Assembly: GCF_965363235.1 (NCBI RefSeq)
Contig: NC_134842.1
Span: 20,093,521 to 20,157,520 of the forward strand
Direction: 5' to 3'
Source: Mytilus galloprovincialis
Lineage: Eukaryota
DNA length: 64,000 nt
The notes under the pieces are model-generated. The model had not been told where the DNA came from. It saw only the letters and a list, made by a program, of their open reading frames with translations, and ran no database searches. A program made the translations under genes and the position numbers. Numbering within the stretch: the first letter of the stretch is position 1; each line of letters opens with the position of its first letter. This document shows positions 36,540-50,414 of this stretch, in pieces.

Positions 36540-39500
36540 TTCAAGCAATCTGTAGACTTTTACCGTTGACTCATGCTACATTCCCTCACGTCATTCGTTT
36601 TATTCTAAACATTCAGCAATATCTCTGATTCTTATGATTGTCTTGCTTTAAAAGGTAAAAACAAGCAAAAGGATTGAACATAAACAACTTTCCTGTAATG
36701 TTCTTCTCATAATCTTCATGTGTGATATTTCCCTTGACTTATATGCGTGTTTTTAACAACACGGAAAATCAGAATTAAACAGTATTTATATTTAGTGTTT
36801 TTATAAATTTAGAAACACGTCAGAGGGAATTCCCCAGTTTTGATAAATGCGAGAGTTCTCTAAATTCCGATAATTCTATTTCTGTCATAAGAACTGAAGT
36901 TGAGTATTTCTATACTTTACCGTTATGAAACTGATATTTGATGTACTCTCATAAATAAATGGAAAACCATCCCTCATATCATTTAATAAACGTTCTTGTT
37001 CCAAATCGCAAGTCGCGGTTTGTTTATGTATTAATGCGCATGCGTATAGTTTTCCTGATTTCAAGGGGTATCAGATTGAGTGGTTGCTCTGGATTCCCCG
37101 CTTCATTGATTAATTTGAAACTCATGGGATTCTTCCTATGTCTGTCTGCTATTGAGGATTATTGTTGTTGCATTATTTTAAATCATATGCATAACTTAAA
37201 TTAAAATAAATGGAGTCTTCCATATTATCGTTTCGAGTTGTCTCCCTTCCGGAAGTATTTTCCGTCAAAATCGAAATACTATATACGACTCGACAAGAAA
37301 AATTAACTCGTTAGATGCCGATAAACGTCGTATTATATTAAGAACGATCTCAATTTAAACAGAGGAGTGTGTACGGAAAGGAGTCATGTCCTCTGACCTA
37401 AAGGAACTTCAATATTTAAAGAGTTAGAAATAGGATTCCTCCTAGAATTACGGTGATAAGTTAACTCGTACCATGGTAGCTTGTACCACTGGGAAGTCGT
37501 ACCATTCAGAACTCGAACAACTGTAAACTCGAACCATTAAAAATATATTAAAAATATGATGTTTTATGGGTTTTTGTTTGTAAACCTAATAAAAATAAAG
37601 TTGAATTACTTGAATTTTATACTGGATTTTAATGAAAACTTAGACAAAAATAAAGAATGTTTTTAAGCATTATTGTTTAAACTGATCTTTCAAACTAGAA
37701 CTGAATCCAGAAGAAAGTTAAAACATTGCTTTAACTGTATATATATTCAATTTAAGTTATAGTGCCTAACAAGATTTTGTGAGGGAATTCGATGTTTGCT
37801 ACACCACTGTTCATTTCAACGCACTTTTTGACAATACTACTATACCAATCAAAATGAAAATTTTTGCAGTGTTTTGAGAAATGATATTACTTTGTAGTCA
37901 CGTATTGTTTGTGAAACAGTTTATGTTTTAAAAAGACGAATTTTCTGTATAAAGTCAATAAATATGTGGACTTTTGAAGCCCAAACTTTGTATTGCCTTA
38001 CATACATAAATGAAAGATCCCAAAACTGTATCAACACAATACGTCATGTTTATGAAATGATGGCAAAACTTTTGGTTGACAAATGTTTACTCGTTATTGC
38101 AAAAAACTGAACTTTTAATAGCTTACATTTTCTCCCTACCCAGTTTACCCCTATTACTTATGATAATGTGGACCGGTCATTGTTATTGAACATAACGCGA
38201 TTTGATTGGATTAAGTTATTATTAGTTTACCTTAAAACTGTTTTTGCTTTTCATTCTCGACTATTGATTAAATTAGAACGTGCATGAATGTGACAATAAC
38301 TAAAATGACCTTCAAACTGGACACTGGATGAGTCCATGTTCTGTTTTATCAATGAAAGTATAGGTATGAAAGGTAAGAATTGCTAATTCTCCTATTTTCA
38401 CAAAATTTCCTAAATACACAGTAGATGGATCATTTTTCGATAGCCAATAGTGGAGAAAACAGACAAAGTTTACAAATAAGACATTTTATTCCAATCAACA
38501 AGTCATTTTTCGAAGGGAAATGCCGAAATAAATTTTACGCACGGCTATGCCAGGTAAAATTATTATTTATTTTACAAAAAACAAAAATTTTCAGTCTCAA
38601 AGGAACATTCTAATTACAATTAATCTCAAATTAAAGAAGTCATCAAATAAAGTCAAAATATGTCCGATCTACCTATTTTTGGACAAAAAAAGTCAATACG
38701 ATCGTTTTAAAGTCAATTTCGTCTACCTCACAAAATCTTGTTAGGCACTATAATTAAAGCTGTAATCCATGTTCACAAATTGAATGCTATGTTTACAATT
38801 TTGTTGAAAGCCATGTGCTTTTTTGGCGGGGAAATTCCGGACCCCTTAACAGGAATCAGTTACATTTCATTGTTATTTATAGACAGTAAAAATCATTTTG
38901 ACTAACTGCTAAGATTTATTCATGAAAAATTAATATTTTCTTCGGGTGAAACTGTTAATACTTTAATAATCTACATCTGCCACAGTATTTTCTATCGAAT
39001 AGACAAGGAACCTTAGCTACAAATTGGTCATTGTACTTTCAAATTATATACATTTTACAGACTTAATAGGTATTGAGTAAAAGTAACGTATATCATGTAT
39101 ATTCATTATTTAACACCATTTAAATGCATTTAAATAAGTTGGTACGAGTTAGCAGTGGTACAAGTTTGCATTGGTACAAGGTTTTTTTAGTGGTACGAGT
39201 TTACAATGGTACGGGATAACTATAATTCAATAAAACACAATAAGTACATGGCTCATACACTTGTAACCAGGATTGGCTATTTTTAAAGTTGCGTGACTAT
39301 TCAGATTATTACATTTTGCATGTGCAGTTGAATTAGTTTTGAAAATAATACTATCCAGCTGTATCAGGGTTGCCAAAAATGCTTGAGACTCACGCAAATG
39401 CGTGAGACTCCCACATGTTCATGCTTTTTTGCGGCAGTATCCTTGGATCTATTTTTTTCCTCTTTGATCTTTTCAATTTTGGCCAAATCTCACGCATTTG

Positions 39501-39590
39501 CTAAATGAAAATTTGGCAGAACTGCTATACATGTGTCAATGAAAACTATGGTAATCGTATCCCTCAGAGCATTCTGCTCTTTGATTAAAC
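36540..39590. mobile_element. ~3-kb insertion into Rep-B copy II. It contains a nested MITE.
   Basis: It is absent between the homologous junction sequences in copy III (51085-51090) and copy I. Internal 'ggtac(g/c)agtt'-type subterminal inverted motifs occur at 37440-37530 and 39130-39230. Confidence 0.5.
37757..38753. mobile_element. MITE-like element (~1 kb) with perfect 28-bp terminal inverted repeats.
   Basis: TIR-L 'TTATAGTGCCTAACAAGATTTTGTGAGG' (37757-37784) is the exact reverse complement of TIR-R at 38726-38753. The flanks read 'tttaag' and 'ttaaag', an imperfect TTAA-like target duplication. Confidence 0.65.
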
Positions 39591-40419
39591 TATATGTATC
39601 ATTTATGAAAAGAAAAGTATGAATCTGTGTGCAACATTTGGAATACGGCTTGTATGATTAATATCGATTAAGATGGATGGGTGGCTGGTTAATATCAAGT
39701 GGAAAATTAAATGCATATTCCGGACAGAAGCATGATAATGAGATATGAATTTAAATCCTGTTGTGTAATTGACTCACATGCTGAGCGAACTATTTACCTT
39801 ATACAAGGTAACAGTCTGCAGGAAGAAATAACACCATAACCGGACTTTTCTCTCAATCCTCAAAACGCGGCATGTGTAGTGGAGAAGTTGTATAAATACA
39901 CATGAACTGCCGCACTTGAAATAAGCATCCTACCACGGGTCCATGGAGGAGCTAGCATGCCAATGAAAGTTATACATTGTTATACAGACTGCAGAATCGA
40001 CCTTTATAGGGTTTACACATGTGTTTGTACTTATTCAAATAATCTATGCAGATACATTGGTTTCTCTAATTCGTATTCCATTTATTCCTATCCTGACCTA
40101 CGTTGTAGAAAGAACACATCATTTTGCAAGTCGAAAAGAATTATTAAGATTGCTTGCATATCGTCTAAAATCATTAGAGAAACAGATTCCACCACTAAAT
40201 CTCGCCCGTGTGATATGATACTCTCGACAGTAAAATTTTAAATATTTTTTCTTGATATTTTGGATGTGTAAAATGACCTGGTAACCCACAAAACACAAAA
40301 ACGTTCAGGAAATGTTCCAGGAACGTTTCTGTTTCGTTGTGAGAACGTTGTGATTTAACATTGTAGGAACGTAAAAGTGTGGACTACCAGTTACGTTGTA
40401 AGAACGTTATGATATAACG

Positions 40420-40605
40420 TTATGGAAAACCAACCTGGAACCTAAATAGAACCTTGTGTAACCAAACTGGAACCTTGATAGAACCTTGTATAACCAATCT
40501 GGAACCTTTATAGAACCTTGTGTAACCAATCAGAAACCTTTATAGAACCTTGTGTAACCAATCTGGAACCTAAATATAATCATTTGTTACCAATCTGAAA
40601 CCCAA
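40420..40605. repeat. ~35-bp tandem repeat, about 5 copies ('ggaacctt(g/t)atagaaccttgtgtaaccaatct').
   Basis: Direct inspection of the sequence. Confidence 0.65.
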
Positions 40606-40974
40606 ATTAATCCTAGTCCCAGACAACATTTGTATGTTCACAACAATGGCCCAACGTATCTACATTCATTGGCTCAACGTTGGTTTTCTCGCCATCTTCC
40701 TGAACATGCATGAACATTTTGCAACTGGACGTTTAAGCAAACAACAATCTTTATCTCCAGGAATTGTACCCATATTTGAATGAATTAAATCAACACATCC
40801 ATGTTACCTATTTTTCTTAAATAATGAAAACAAAGATATGATACCAATACATAATTTATTTTAGCTAGACAAGGAGCAAATTCTTAAAAGTTAAATGTTA
40901 TGTACATGTATCTACACGTTGCAACATCAGATCTAGAATGAAAATTATAAAATATATTCATGATGTTTCATTTC

Positions 40975-41415
40975 TGTAAATGTTATTCACTTCATCAGGT
41001 TCATACAGTTATTTCCTAGTTCTGTAATTCACGTCTGACATCAGGTTCATACAGTTATTTCTTAATCTATAATTTCACTTCATGTTCATACAATCACATC
41101 CTAGTTCTGTAATTCGCTTCATCAGATTCATACAATTATTTCATTGTTCTGTAATTTCACTTCATCAGGTTCATACAGTTATTTCCTAGTTATAAATTCA
41201 CTTCATCAGGTTCATACAGTTATTTCCTAGTTCTGTAATTTCACTTCATTAGGTTCATACAGTTATTTCCTAGTTCTGTAATTTCACTTCATTCGGTTCA
41301 TACAATTATTTCCTAGTTTTGTAATTCACTTCATCATGTTCATACACTTACTTCCTAGTTCTGTTATTTCACTTCATTAGGTTTATACAGTTATTTCCTA
41401 GTTTTGTAATCTAAC
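40975..41415. repeat. 43-bp tandem repeat, about 10 copies (unit approximately GGTTCATACAGTTATTTCCTAGTTCTGTAATTTCACTTCATCA).
   Basis: Direct inspection of the sequence. Confidence 0.85.
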
Positions 41416-44400
41416 ATGGGTTGTATTCACAAGAGTGTTCCTTTTGTTTTCTGCTACACTTTCATTTGGCACTTTTTCTGAATCTGTCTTTTGTTTAATT
41501 CTTATCCAGTGTAGCAAATCTTCATAAAAATTATTTCACTGCCCCTGTAATAAAGAAATGAACAAATGAGTACTCAATGTATACTTCTTGTGAATATAAT
41601 AAATCCTAAAAGACTCTTGTTTAAAACTAGACTATATAAGGCGATGCCATAGGGATAAGGCACTCATTCCACATCTTCCAACATCTATTTAGATTGTTAG
41701 ACTTCACTGTGCTAGCTAAGTTTAGCCGGAAAATTGAGGGTAGATATGGATACAGGAAACAGAACCATGTAAAAAAATGTTCTATATATAACTAAATGAA
41801 TCATTCTAGTGAAAAAATACAAATTCAAATCTAAATACAACAGCATTATCGGTATTATAATATTTAACATTTTAATTATGCATATATATTTGCAAATTTC
41901 GAATACGATGTGGCATTAAGGATTGCTATTGTGTTACTAACTTAAAGTAATTTATTGTGCATTTTGTCCAATTCTTTTAAATTTGTATGACCTAAAAATA
42001 ATTAAACAACATTCTGAAACAGTATGCAACAAGGAAAATTCTAAAATACACTTTTCCATTGATAAGGGTTATAAATGCAATCTTCACATTTTACAAAGAT
42101 TTCAGAAATAAAATAAGTTTTATTTGTGGTTAAAAAAACATGTATTATTTGTCATTCATAATTATTGATAATCATATACGTGTATCAGAATTTTTAAAGT
42201 AACAATCAACTTACATTTTCTTTCTCTTTAGATGATGCAATTTGTCTTTTGTTTTCTTTGTTATCACTGCTTTCTTACAAATACACGACAGGAAATAGTC
42301 TCAAAAGTGACTATCCCATTACACTTATATTTCCTATAACCTTAATTACCATAGCAACTATCTTTGAAATTTGTCTAACATCTGGTCAACATCATTCTAT
42401 AGGTCAACCTTATCAGAATATGCTTGATTAACATAATGGCTGTATGAAATATCATTATGTATATAATTGCTAATTATGTTTCACAAATTAAAGTTGAATG
42501 AAAAAAGTTATAATAAATAATGAGAATAATGAATTTTAACTTTTAATCGAGCAATCTATATGTTTAACGAATAAAAAGTTATTTTGTTCTTAATACAGTG
42601 TCGGCTTTTTAGTTTTAAAAACTATCAACATTCACTTTCTGAAACAAAATCTCGAGCAAAATAAAGGTTTGATTAACATGCAAGACGGCAAACATCTTAC
42701 TTGCATTTTTTGCTATTAATTTGCTAGATATTTTTTCAAAAAAAATGAGGTACATTATTCGAACGTTTTAAGAATGTTAGTAAAATAACGTTAAAAAGTA
42801 ACTAATATTAAACGTTTCTACAACGTATTATTTGTAACATAACCAAACTGAAACTTCCACACAACGTTAAAACAAGACGTTCCTAGAACGTTGAATTGTA
42901 ACGTTTCATTTTAACGTTCTCAAAACGTTCGTCTAACGTTAAGGTCCGAAATAACCTTACAGGAACCAATCCACAACGTTCTTTGAACGTTATGTGTTTA
43001 GTGGGAACTCACAAACTCAACTGAAATTTGAATTGGAGTAAGGTATTTTTCTTATACTTTTTTGTATTCAATCTAACTTTTAGCATGAATTAACAAAATA
43101 CAAAATTCCTATTGAATAAAACAATAATTTATCGAATATGTATTCTGTACAGATCTCTGTCTTACTTTCCATCATTGAAGTACTGCTTAAACTCAGTTAT
43201 AATTAATTTGCCAACAACAAAGTGGGTATGTACATAAAACATAAAGTACGTCGAAGTCTAACACAGCTCACAATGCATGAACGAAGTAAGAAACGAAAAA
43301 CCCTTGAGTAAACATATAATGGATCTCTGTAGACGACCACACATGTAACTTTTTGTCCGTATGTTTGGACACCTTATGTTTCCAATGTTTTAAAATGTAA
43401 GGTATAGTTATTTGGACCAGATCAAGGATTTATTAAAGGAGGGGGAAATAAAATCAAGACAAGTGAAATGTATTATTCAATGTTCGAGCTGTCAAGAATT
43501 AACAATTTTTTGGACAATTTTACATCATAACATATCCATAAGTTTTATGTTTTAATGTGTTCACCCTCTACATCTAGCTATATTTCCAAAATATTTCTAG
43601 GATTATTGACAACAGCTATAGTTGTTTAATATTGAAACTGAAAACTGTGTAGATATAAACTAGAGGCTCCAAGGAGCCTGTGTCGCCCACCTGATATATA
43701 TATATTTTTTACAATTGATGCATGAAATAATGCAACCGTTATACTTTTGCTTTATTTTCAGAGATATAATACAAAAACTGAATGTTTCTCCTAGAATCTA
43801 TTTTAGCCATGTCTGTCATCTTGGTGGACAGACAGGGTAATCTGGCACATTTTTAAACAAGATGCCCTCATGTTTATTGTGTTCAGGTTTGGTTAAACTT
43901 TTCTCAGTTGTTTCAGGAGAAGAATTTTGTAAAAGATTACAAACGTTTACAAAGAAACGTTTAATTTTACTTTAAAGTTGCAATAACTCCTTATGTGGTC
44001 AATCGAGCACTTTGGTAGTTTGACTTATTTGTAGATCTTAATTTGTTGAAGATTATTGCTATTTACTGTTTGTTTATCTCCATCATTTTATAATAATATT
44101 CAAGAAAAATTTAACCCAAAACAGCAAAATTTCCTTAAAATTACTCATTCAATGGCAGCAACCCAACACCAGCTTATCTGATTCGTCTAAATATTTCAGG
44201 ACATATAGATCTTAACCTGATGAATATTTGTACCAATTATAAAATTTGCTTTGAATACTCTAGTTTTATAGATACATTGTACCACTATGTTCTATCTGAA
44301 GCCATATCCGCCATATTGGTTGGCAGGTCGGGTCATCGGACACATTTTGTAAACAAGATAACCTAATAATGATAGTGACCAAGTTTGGTTGTCTCAGAAG

Positions 44401-44999
44401 TTTCAGAGTAGAAAATTTTTGTAAGATTACAAAAGATTACAAAATTTGTTAAAAATTTACTAAAAAGGACCTTAATAACTCCTTAAGGGGTAAATAGACC
44501 ATTTTGGTCAAGTTGAATTATTTGTAGATCTTATTAGACATTATTGCTGCTAACAGTTTATCTCTATCTTTAATAATATTACAAATACATTGTTATTGTA
44601 ATAACCAAAACTGCAAAATTTCCCTACAATTACCAATTCAGGGGCAGCATCCCAACAAAGGATTGTCTGATTTTTCCAAAATTTTTAGAGCAGATATATC
44701 TTGACCTGATCAACAATTTTGCACCTGGCAAATTTGCTCTAAATGATTTGGTTTCAGAGATATAAGCCATAATCTACATTTTACCCCTATGTTCTATTTT
44801 TAGCCATAGCAGCTGTCTTGGTTGGTTGGCTGGGTTATTGGACACATTTTCTAAACTAGATACCCAAATGATGAAATATGACACAGTAGTTTCAGAGAGG
44901 ATTTCTGTAAACGCCTAACGCTGCCAGAGGCTGGACGCCAAGTGATGAGAAAAGCGCACTTGGCCCTTTGAGCAAGTTGAGCTAAAAAGATGATGTGGT

Positions 45000-45295
45000 A
45001 TAATTGCGAATGTGACATCTTTCCACAAGTGTGATCAAATGACACAGAAATTAACAACTATAAGTTACAATACGGCCTACAACAATAAGCAAAGCCCATA
45101 CTGCATAGTCAGCTATAATTGGCTAAAAAATGACAAATGTAAAACAATTCAAACGAGAAAACGGCCTAATTTATGTAGAAAAAATGAACAAAAAATCAAT
45201 TATGTAACACACCAACAAACAACAACCACTGAATTACAGGCTCCTGACTTGGGACATGCACATACATAAATAATGTGGCGAGGTTACACATGTAA
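45000..45295 (+). mobile_element. SINE-like element: the 'gatgtggtataattgcgaatg' head plus 'ggctcctgacttgggaca' tail.
   Basis: A near-identical element is at 47960-48245. The head is the same as the unit of the 52-bp array. Confidence 0.5.
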
Positions 45296-46469
45296 GCGGG
45301 ATCCCAACCCTCCCCTAACCTAAGACAGTGGTGTAACCATTGCAACATAAGAACGAGCTATAAAAATCTGTTTAAAAAGGCTGAACTCATCAGATGGATA
45401 CACATATAAATAATACAGAGTGGACGTGGCCTTTATAAACTTTCCTGTTATCTTTATCCTTTATTAGAAACGCTCAAGGCCAAAAAAATAAAACAGATGG
45501 TTAATATGAACAAAGTTTCGAAAGGTCATAGATTAAGCAAGTACAATGTCTTAATCAGAAACTGAAACTGACAAATGTTCAATTACTTGTGTATTTTATT
45601 AAAAGATTAATGTATAATGTAACACTTATCACATAACTGTTTTTTCATTTAAAGATCATATTTCAATGTATTAATGTATAAATAATATAGAATCACATAT
45701 CACATGTATCATGTACTGTACATATCACAGAATTAAATATAAATCACTCAAAAATGTTACAGTTATTATTACAATACTACAGAAGTAGAAAATATTCAGA
45801 CAAAACATTTATGAAGTTGATTATCTTAAGGATGCAGCAATGTATTTTTATTAACTATTAGTACTCTTTTTGTATGCATCATAACTGCAAATGGCAGCAG
45901 TGTAGCCATTTTGTGCTAAGGTGGCGTAAAACAAACATCAATCAATCAATCATAATTGCACATGTCTTTTAAACTCCTCTGGTCATTTCATTTTTTACTG
46001 CATGGATTACATTTAAATTTTACATGCAAAATACAAATTACGTAAGAAATCTTCCACACTGTTCCCTAGTTCTAAATCCCTGATGAGATTTGAGTGTTCC
46101 TTTTTCATTTGTAACAACCACTTATAAACAATAACAAGTTCTTTCTTTACAAGTTTCACATTTTGAGATTTTCCTTTGTACAGGATTATGAAGTCGACAG
46201 CATGATCAGATGCATCATGGATAATCATGGCATCTGGGATCATAGTCTTGTCTATAATTGCATATTCATTTATTAAGAATATAAAGATTAAGATTGATGC
46301 CAGGACTCTTTCTGCTAGTAACTGCACACTGATACCTGCAAAAAGATATAAAAACTAAATTCAAATCTTAAAAGCAAAGACTAAACTGTTGACACATGTT
46401 ATTATGATAGTATGATCCAAATGCTGAAATGTCAGTAATAAAACCTATTCATATATGACAAGTCTACAA

Positions 46470-46745
46470 TATGTGAGCCTCTGGCCTTTGTTAGTCTTGT
46501 ATGATTTTAATTTTTAATTTTAGTTTCTTGTGTATAATTCGGAGTTTAGTATGACGTCCATAATCACTGAACTAGTAACATATTTGTTTAGGGGCCAGCT
46601 GAAGGACTCCTCCGGGTGCAGGAGTTTATCGCTGCATTGAAGACCCATTGGTGGCCTTTGGCTGTTGTCTGCTCTATGGTCGGGTTGTTGTCTCTTTGAC
46701 TCATTCTCCATTTCCATTTCCATTCTCAATTTTATTCATTGGACA
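46470..46745 (-). mobile_element. Retroelement 3'-tail fragment.
   Basis: 'ctctggcctttgttagtcttgtatgatttta...ggggccagctgaaggactcctccgggtgcaggagttt...' matches 36120-36370 and the reverse complement of 4640-4900. Confidence 0.55.
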
Positions 46746-46948
46746 GCTGGGTCAACACCTAAACTGGGTTTTAATATATATACTTTTAAGAGCTAATATT
46801 GTTTGCTTTAATTCTATATGAAAATGTGCAGAGGACTCACATAACAGGATAGGCTGAACTGAATGTTTGTCCAAACCTACAGTGGACTATTTTCAAATAG
46901 AAAATTTTACAAATATAAAACACAAGAAACCTGAAGTAGATAGTAGGT

Positions 46949-47400
46949 ATGAATATAAGACATGAAAATAATTTAAAACAAGAATGTGTCCATAGTACAC
47001 GGATGCCCCACTCGCACTATCATTTTATATGTTCAGTGGACCGTGAAATTGTGGTCAAACTTATAATTTGGAATTATAATTACAAAGATCATATCATAGG
47101 GAACATGTGTACTAAGTTTCAAGTTGATGTAACTTTAACTTTATCAAAAACTACCTTGACCAAAAACTTTAACCTGAACTTTGCACTATCATTTTCTATG
47201 TTCAGGTGACCATGAAATTGGGGTCAAAACTATAATTTGGCATTAAAATTAGAAAGATCATATCATGGGGAACATGTGTACTAAGTTTCAAGTTGATTGG
47301 ACTTCAACTTCTTCAAAAACTACCTTGACCAAAACTTCAACCTGAAGCGAACGGACGCACAGACGGACGGATGAACGAACGGAGGCACAGACCAGAAAAC
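46949..47400 (+). mobile_element. Two tandem copies of a (GACGGA)n-tailed SINE-like element.
   Basis: '...cactatcattttctatgttcag...gggtcaaaactataatttggcattaaaattagaaagatcatatcatggggaacatgtgtactaagtttcaagttgattggacttcaacttc...cctgaagcgaacggacgcacagacggacggatgaacgaacgg'. Family members also lie at 52440-52740 and 57010-57300. Confidence 0.6.
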
Positions 47401-47504
47401 ATAATGCCCCTCTACTATCGTAGGTGGGGCATACAAATCTATCATGAAAAGATATATGCTCTGTATTTACTTGACATGCAGCAAATCATGATCAAACCAG
47501 TGCT

Positions 47505-49950
47505 AGGGGTAATTTAACTTGTAATGGTGTGTAAGCTATGAATGCTCTTAGTTGTGAGATGAGGAATTATTTAAGCTGTCTGTTTTAGTTTTCTTTCACT
47601 TTGTTTTATCAAGGATATCAAAGGAATTTTATGTCATGAATTTGATTCACAATATTCCATTTTCAGGATAATAAAATGTGTTATTCTTACCTAAGGAATA
47701 AAGTCCTTGTAACTTGAGAATGTCATGTATTCTATTGTATGATAAACCCAACATGTCACATAGATCGGGTGTCAAGTTGTAAAATTGTCCCTGGAAAATT
47801 AAATAAAATGTATATAAGGTGTGAAACTCAACATGTTAATACATAGGTCTGGTCTCTAAGTTTTAAAATTGTTCTTGTAAAATTAAATACATTTATGATT
47901 ATTATATGTGAAACCAAACATGTTTCTGTTGAAGACCATACTTTGACCTATAATGTATAAAAAAGAAGATGTGGTATGATTGCCAATGAGACAACTATTC
48001 ACAAAAGACCAAAATGACACAGACATTAACAACTATAGGTCACCGTACGGCCTTCAACAATGAGCAAAGCCCATACCGCATAGTCAGCTATAATAGGCCC
48101 CTATAAGACAATGTAAAACAATTCAAACGAGAAAACTAACGGCCTTATTTATGTAAAAAAATGAACGAAAAACAAATATGTAACACATAAACAAACGACA
48201 ACCACTGAATTACAGGCTCCTGACTTGGGACAGGCACATTGTTTACTTTTACAAATTGTAACTTGGATGGAGTGTTGTCTCATTGGCACCCATACCACAT
48301 CTACTTATATCTATTATGTTACATAGATCTGGTATCAAGTTGTAAAATTGTCAGCGATGTCACATTATTATCAAACTTCAACTATAATCAAGTGTAAACC
48401 CTATAAAGCAGGAATCAAACCAAGATGAGACCAGAAATAGCACTTTAACAGATTATCTTATTTTTTCTGTGTATTAAAAAAAACATAATAAATATCAGCC
48501 ATAAGACACATGCATGCTGCTAAAAATTTATAATATTAATGTGTATATACAGAAAACCGAAGATATGGTGTCAAGTTGTAAAATTCACCCTGTAAAATCA
48601 ATTTGCATCTCAATTTGCTGACCTTTCCAAAAATGAATGGGTATATTATAAAATGTAGTCAAGAGAGAGTGACTGGCTTTGATACTAATTGTAGTCTTGA
48701 ATGTTGAAATGATTTATTATTAATCATCACAAATACAGTCCCAAAGTATCCTGAAGTTCTTGCAATTTGTTCTCAAATAAGTTTCACACAGGTTCTAAGC
48801 ATTTCATGCAAAAATATACACTAGACACGGGATGACACCAAGCATAAATCTTGTACTTGTAAATCTTTATTTATCAAAAAACTATTCATGCAGGGAAGGT
48901 AATTTAACTTAGCTAACCTCATATAAGGGAGGTAATGCATCCATCAGTGACAATCTCTTCTTCACCCTAACAAGTCCTTGCCATATTCCTCCCAAGTCTG
49001 ATGGGTCTGTAAATAATGGAAAAAAAATGTAAAAAATATAAGATACACAAATGGATTAAATATTATCAAAAATAAAATTATCTATAAAAAATGTTCTTTT
49101 ATGAGCATTGATGGGAACATTTTTAGGATTATTGAAAAATTGTTAATTCCTCATAAAAAATATAAGATACACAAATGGATTAAATATTATCAAAAATAAA
49201 ATTATCTATAAAAAATGTTCTTTTATGAGCATTGATGGGAACATTTTTAGGATTATTGAAAAATTGTTAATTCCTCACTATCAAAATTCAAGAGCTATAT
49301 AATTTTTGAGAAAACCTATCCTGTGAAAATTTGATAATACTAAAAACATTGCAGTAATTTCTGAATAAATCTAACTAAAAATAAATCTCTAAACTCGCTC
49401 ATTTTCTTATGATTGGTCACTGCTTGGGAGCTCCTTACTTTTTGGATCAATTATTCTTTTAATTACATAGGCTTTTTAATGGAAATAAAGTAGAAAATGG
49501 AAGGACCTCAAAGTTTTTCTGACGCATTCTCAATCTGTTTTGAATTTGTAACGTCGTACAACAATGTGTTGACAAAACCAATTGTTGTATGAAATCAAAG
49601 ATACAAAATTATTTATTTTTTTCAATGGAATTCAATACATGGTCATTGGCAAAAAGAAACTCATTGTCAAGACCCTTTTGCATTATTGATACACATGCAA
49701 GTCTACATCCATCATAACAAGTTTCTTTAAGTTATATATTGCGTATAATTCTTGTACCTCTATATTAATTGTTATATTATCAATACCTTTGTTTTCTTTA
49801 TTTTCTGTTATTTCTCTTTTAGTTTCCTACAACGAAAAAGGGCCATAATCATCTGATCAATTATGTATTTGATATGTGAATACATTATCACTGAGAAGTC
49901 ACTTTATATATATATAGTTTCAGGATTAAAAAAACCCCAAATTTTCAATA
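47505..49950 (+). repeat. Paralogous unexpanded copy of the satellite-hosting element. It contains ~1.3 monomers of the 36-bp unit at 48655-48705 and an internal ~120-bp duplication at 49020-49260.
   Basis: Collinear nucleotide similarity to 8530-9020 and 19020-20400. 'aaatgtagtcaagagagagtgactggctttgatactaattgtagtcttgaatgttgaaat' corresponds to the end of the array at 18990-19035. Confidence 0.7.
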
Positions 49951-50414
49951 AATAATTACGGTATAAACTGTTATCACAGAGATATGTCTCGCTTTTTTGT
50001 ATTTTCAATAAAGCAAATGTTGGGAGCTGTATCAATTACATGGTCATTATATGGTCATTTTAATTAATTTGCTGTTGACAAAACTTTAAATTTTTTGAAA
50101 AACTAAGGATTTCTTATCTTAGGAATAGATTACCTTAGTCATATTTGGCACAACTTTTTGGAATTTTGGGTCCTCAATGCTCTTCAACTTTGTACTTGTT
50201 TGGCTTTATAACTATTTTGATCTGAGTGTCACTGATGAGTCTAATAATGTAGACGAAACATGCTCCTGTCATATTAAATTATAATCCTGGTACCTTTGAT
50301 AACTATTTACAACATTTGGTCAATGCCACTGTTGGCGGATGTTTCGTGGGGCGAGTTGGCAGGAGAAAAGATAACAGGATTTAACCCTTTTCACAAGTCA
50401 GGTGAGTTGGTAAA

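Larger units (their letters stand above)
40290..43010. mobile_element. ~2.7-kb insertion into Rep-B copy II. Its termini are AACGTT-rich inverted sub-repeats and it holds two internal tandem arrays.
   Basis: The left end 40300-40430 ('aacgttcaggaaatgttccaggaacgtttctgtttcgttgtgagaacgttgtga...') approximates the reverse complement of 42860-43000 ('...aacgtttcattttaacgttctcaaaacgttcgtctaacgtt...'). Rep-B sequence is contiguous across the site in copy I (4440-4500). Confidence 0.5.
36350..44995 (+). repeat. Composite repeat 'Rep-B', copy II, interrupted by two large insertions (36540-39590 and 40290-43010).
   Basis: The segments 36350-36540, 39590-40290 and 43000-44995 are contiguous in the partial copy at 50930-51540 and in copy I at 3770-6290. 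Confidence 0.6.

Noticed and set aside
39350-39500. Near-palindrome 'gagactcacgcaaatgcgtgagactc' and related 'aatctcacgcatttgc' motifs.
   Set aside because: They are short, lie inside a TE insertion, and have no flanking context that suggests function.
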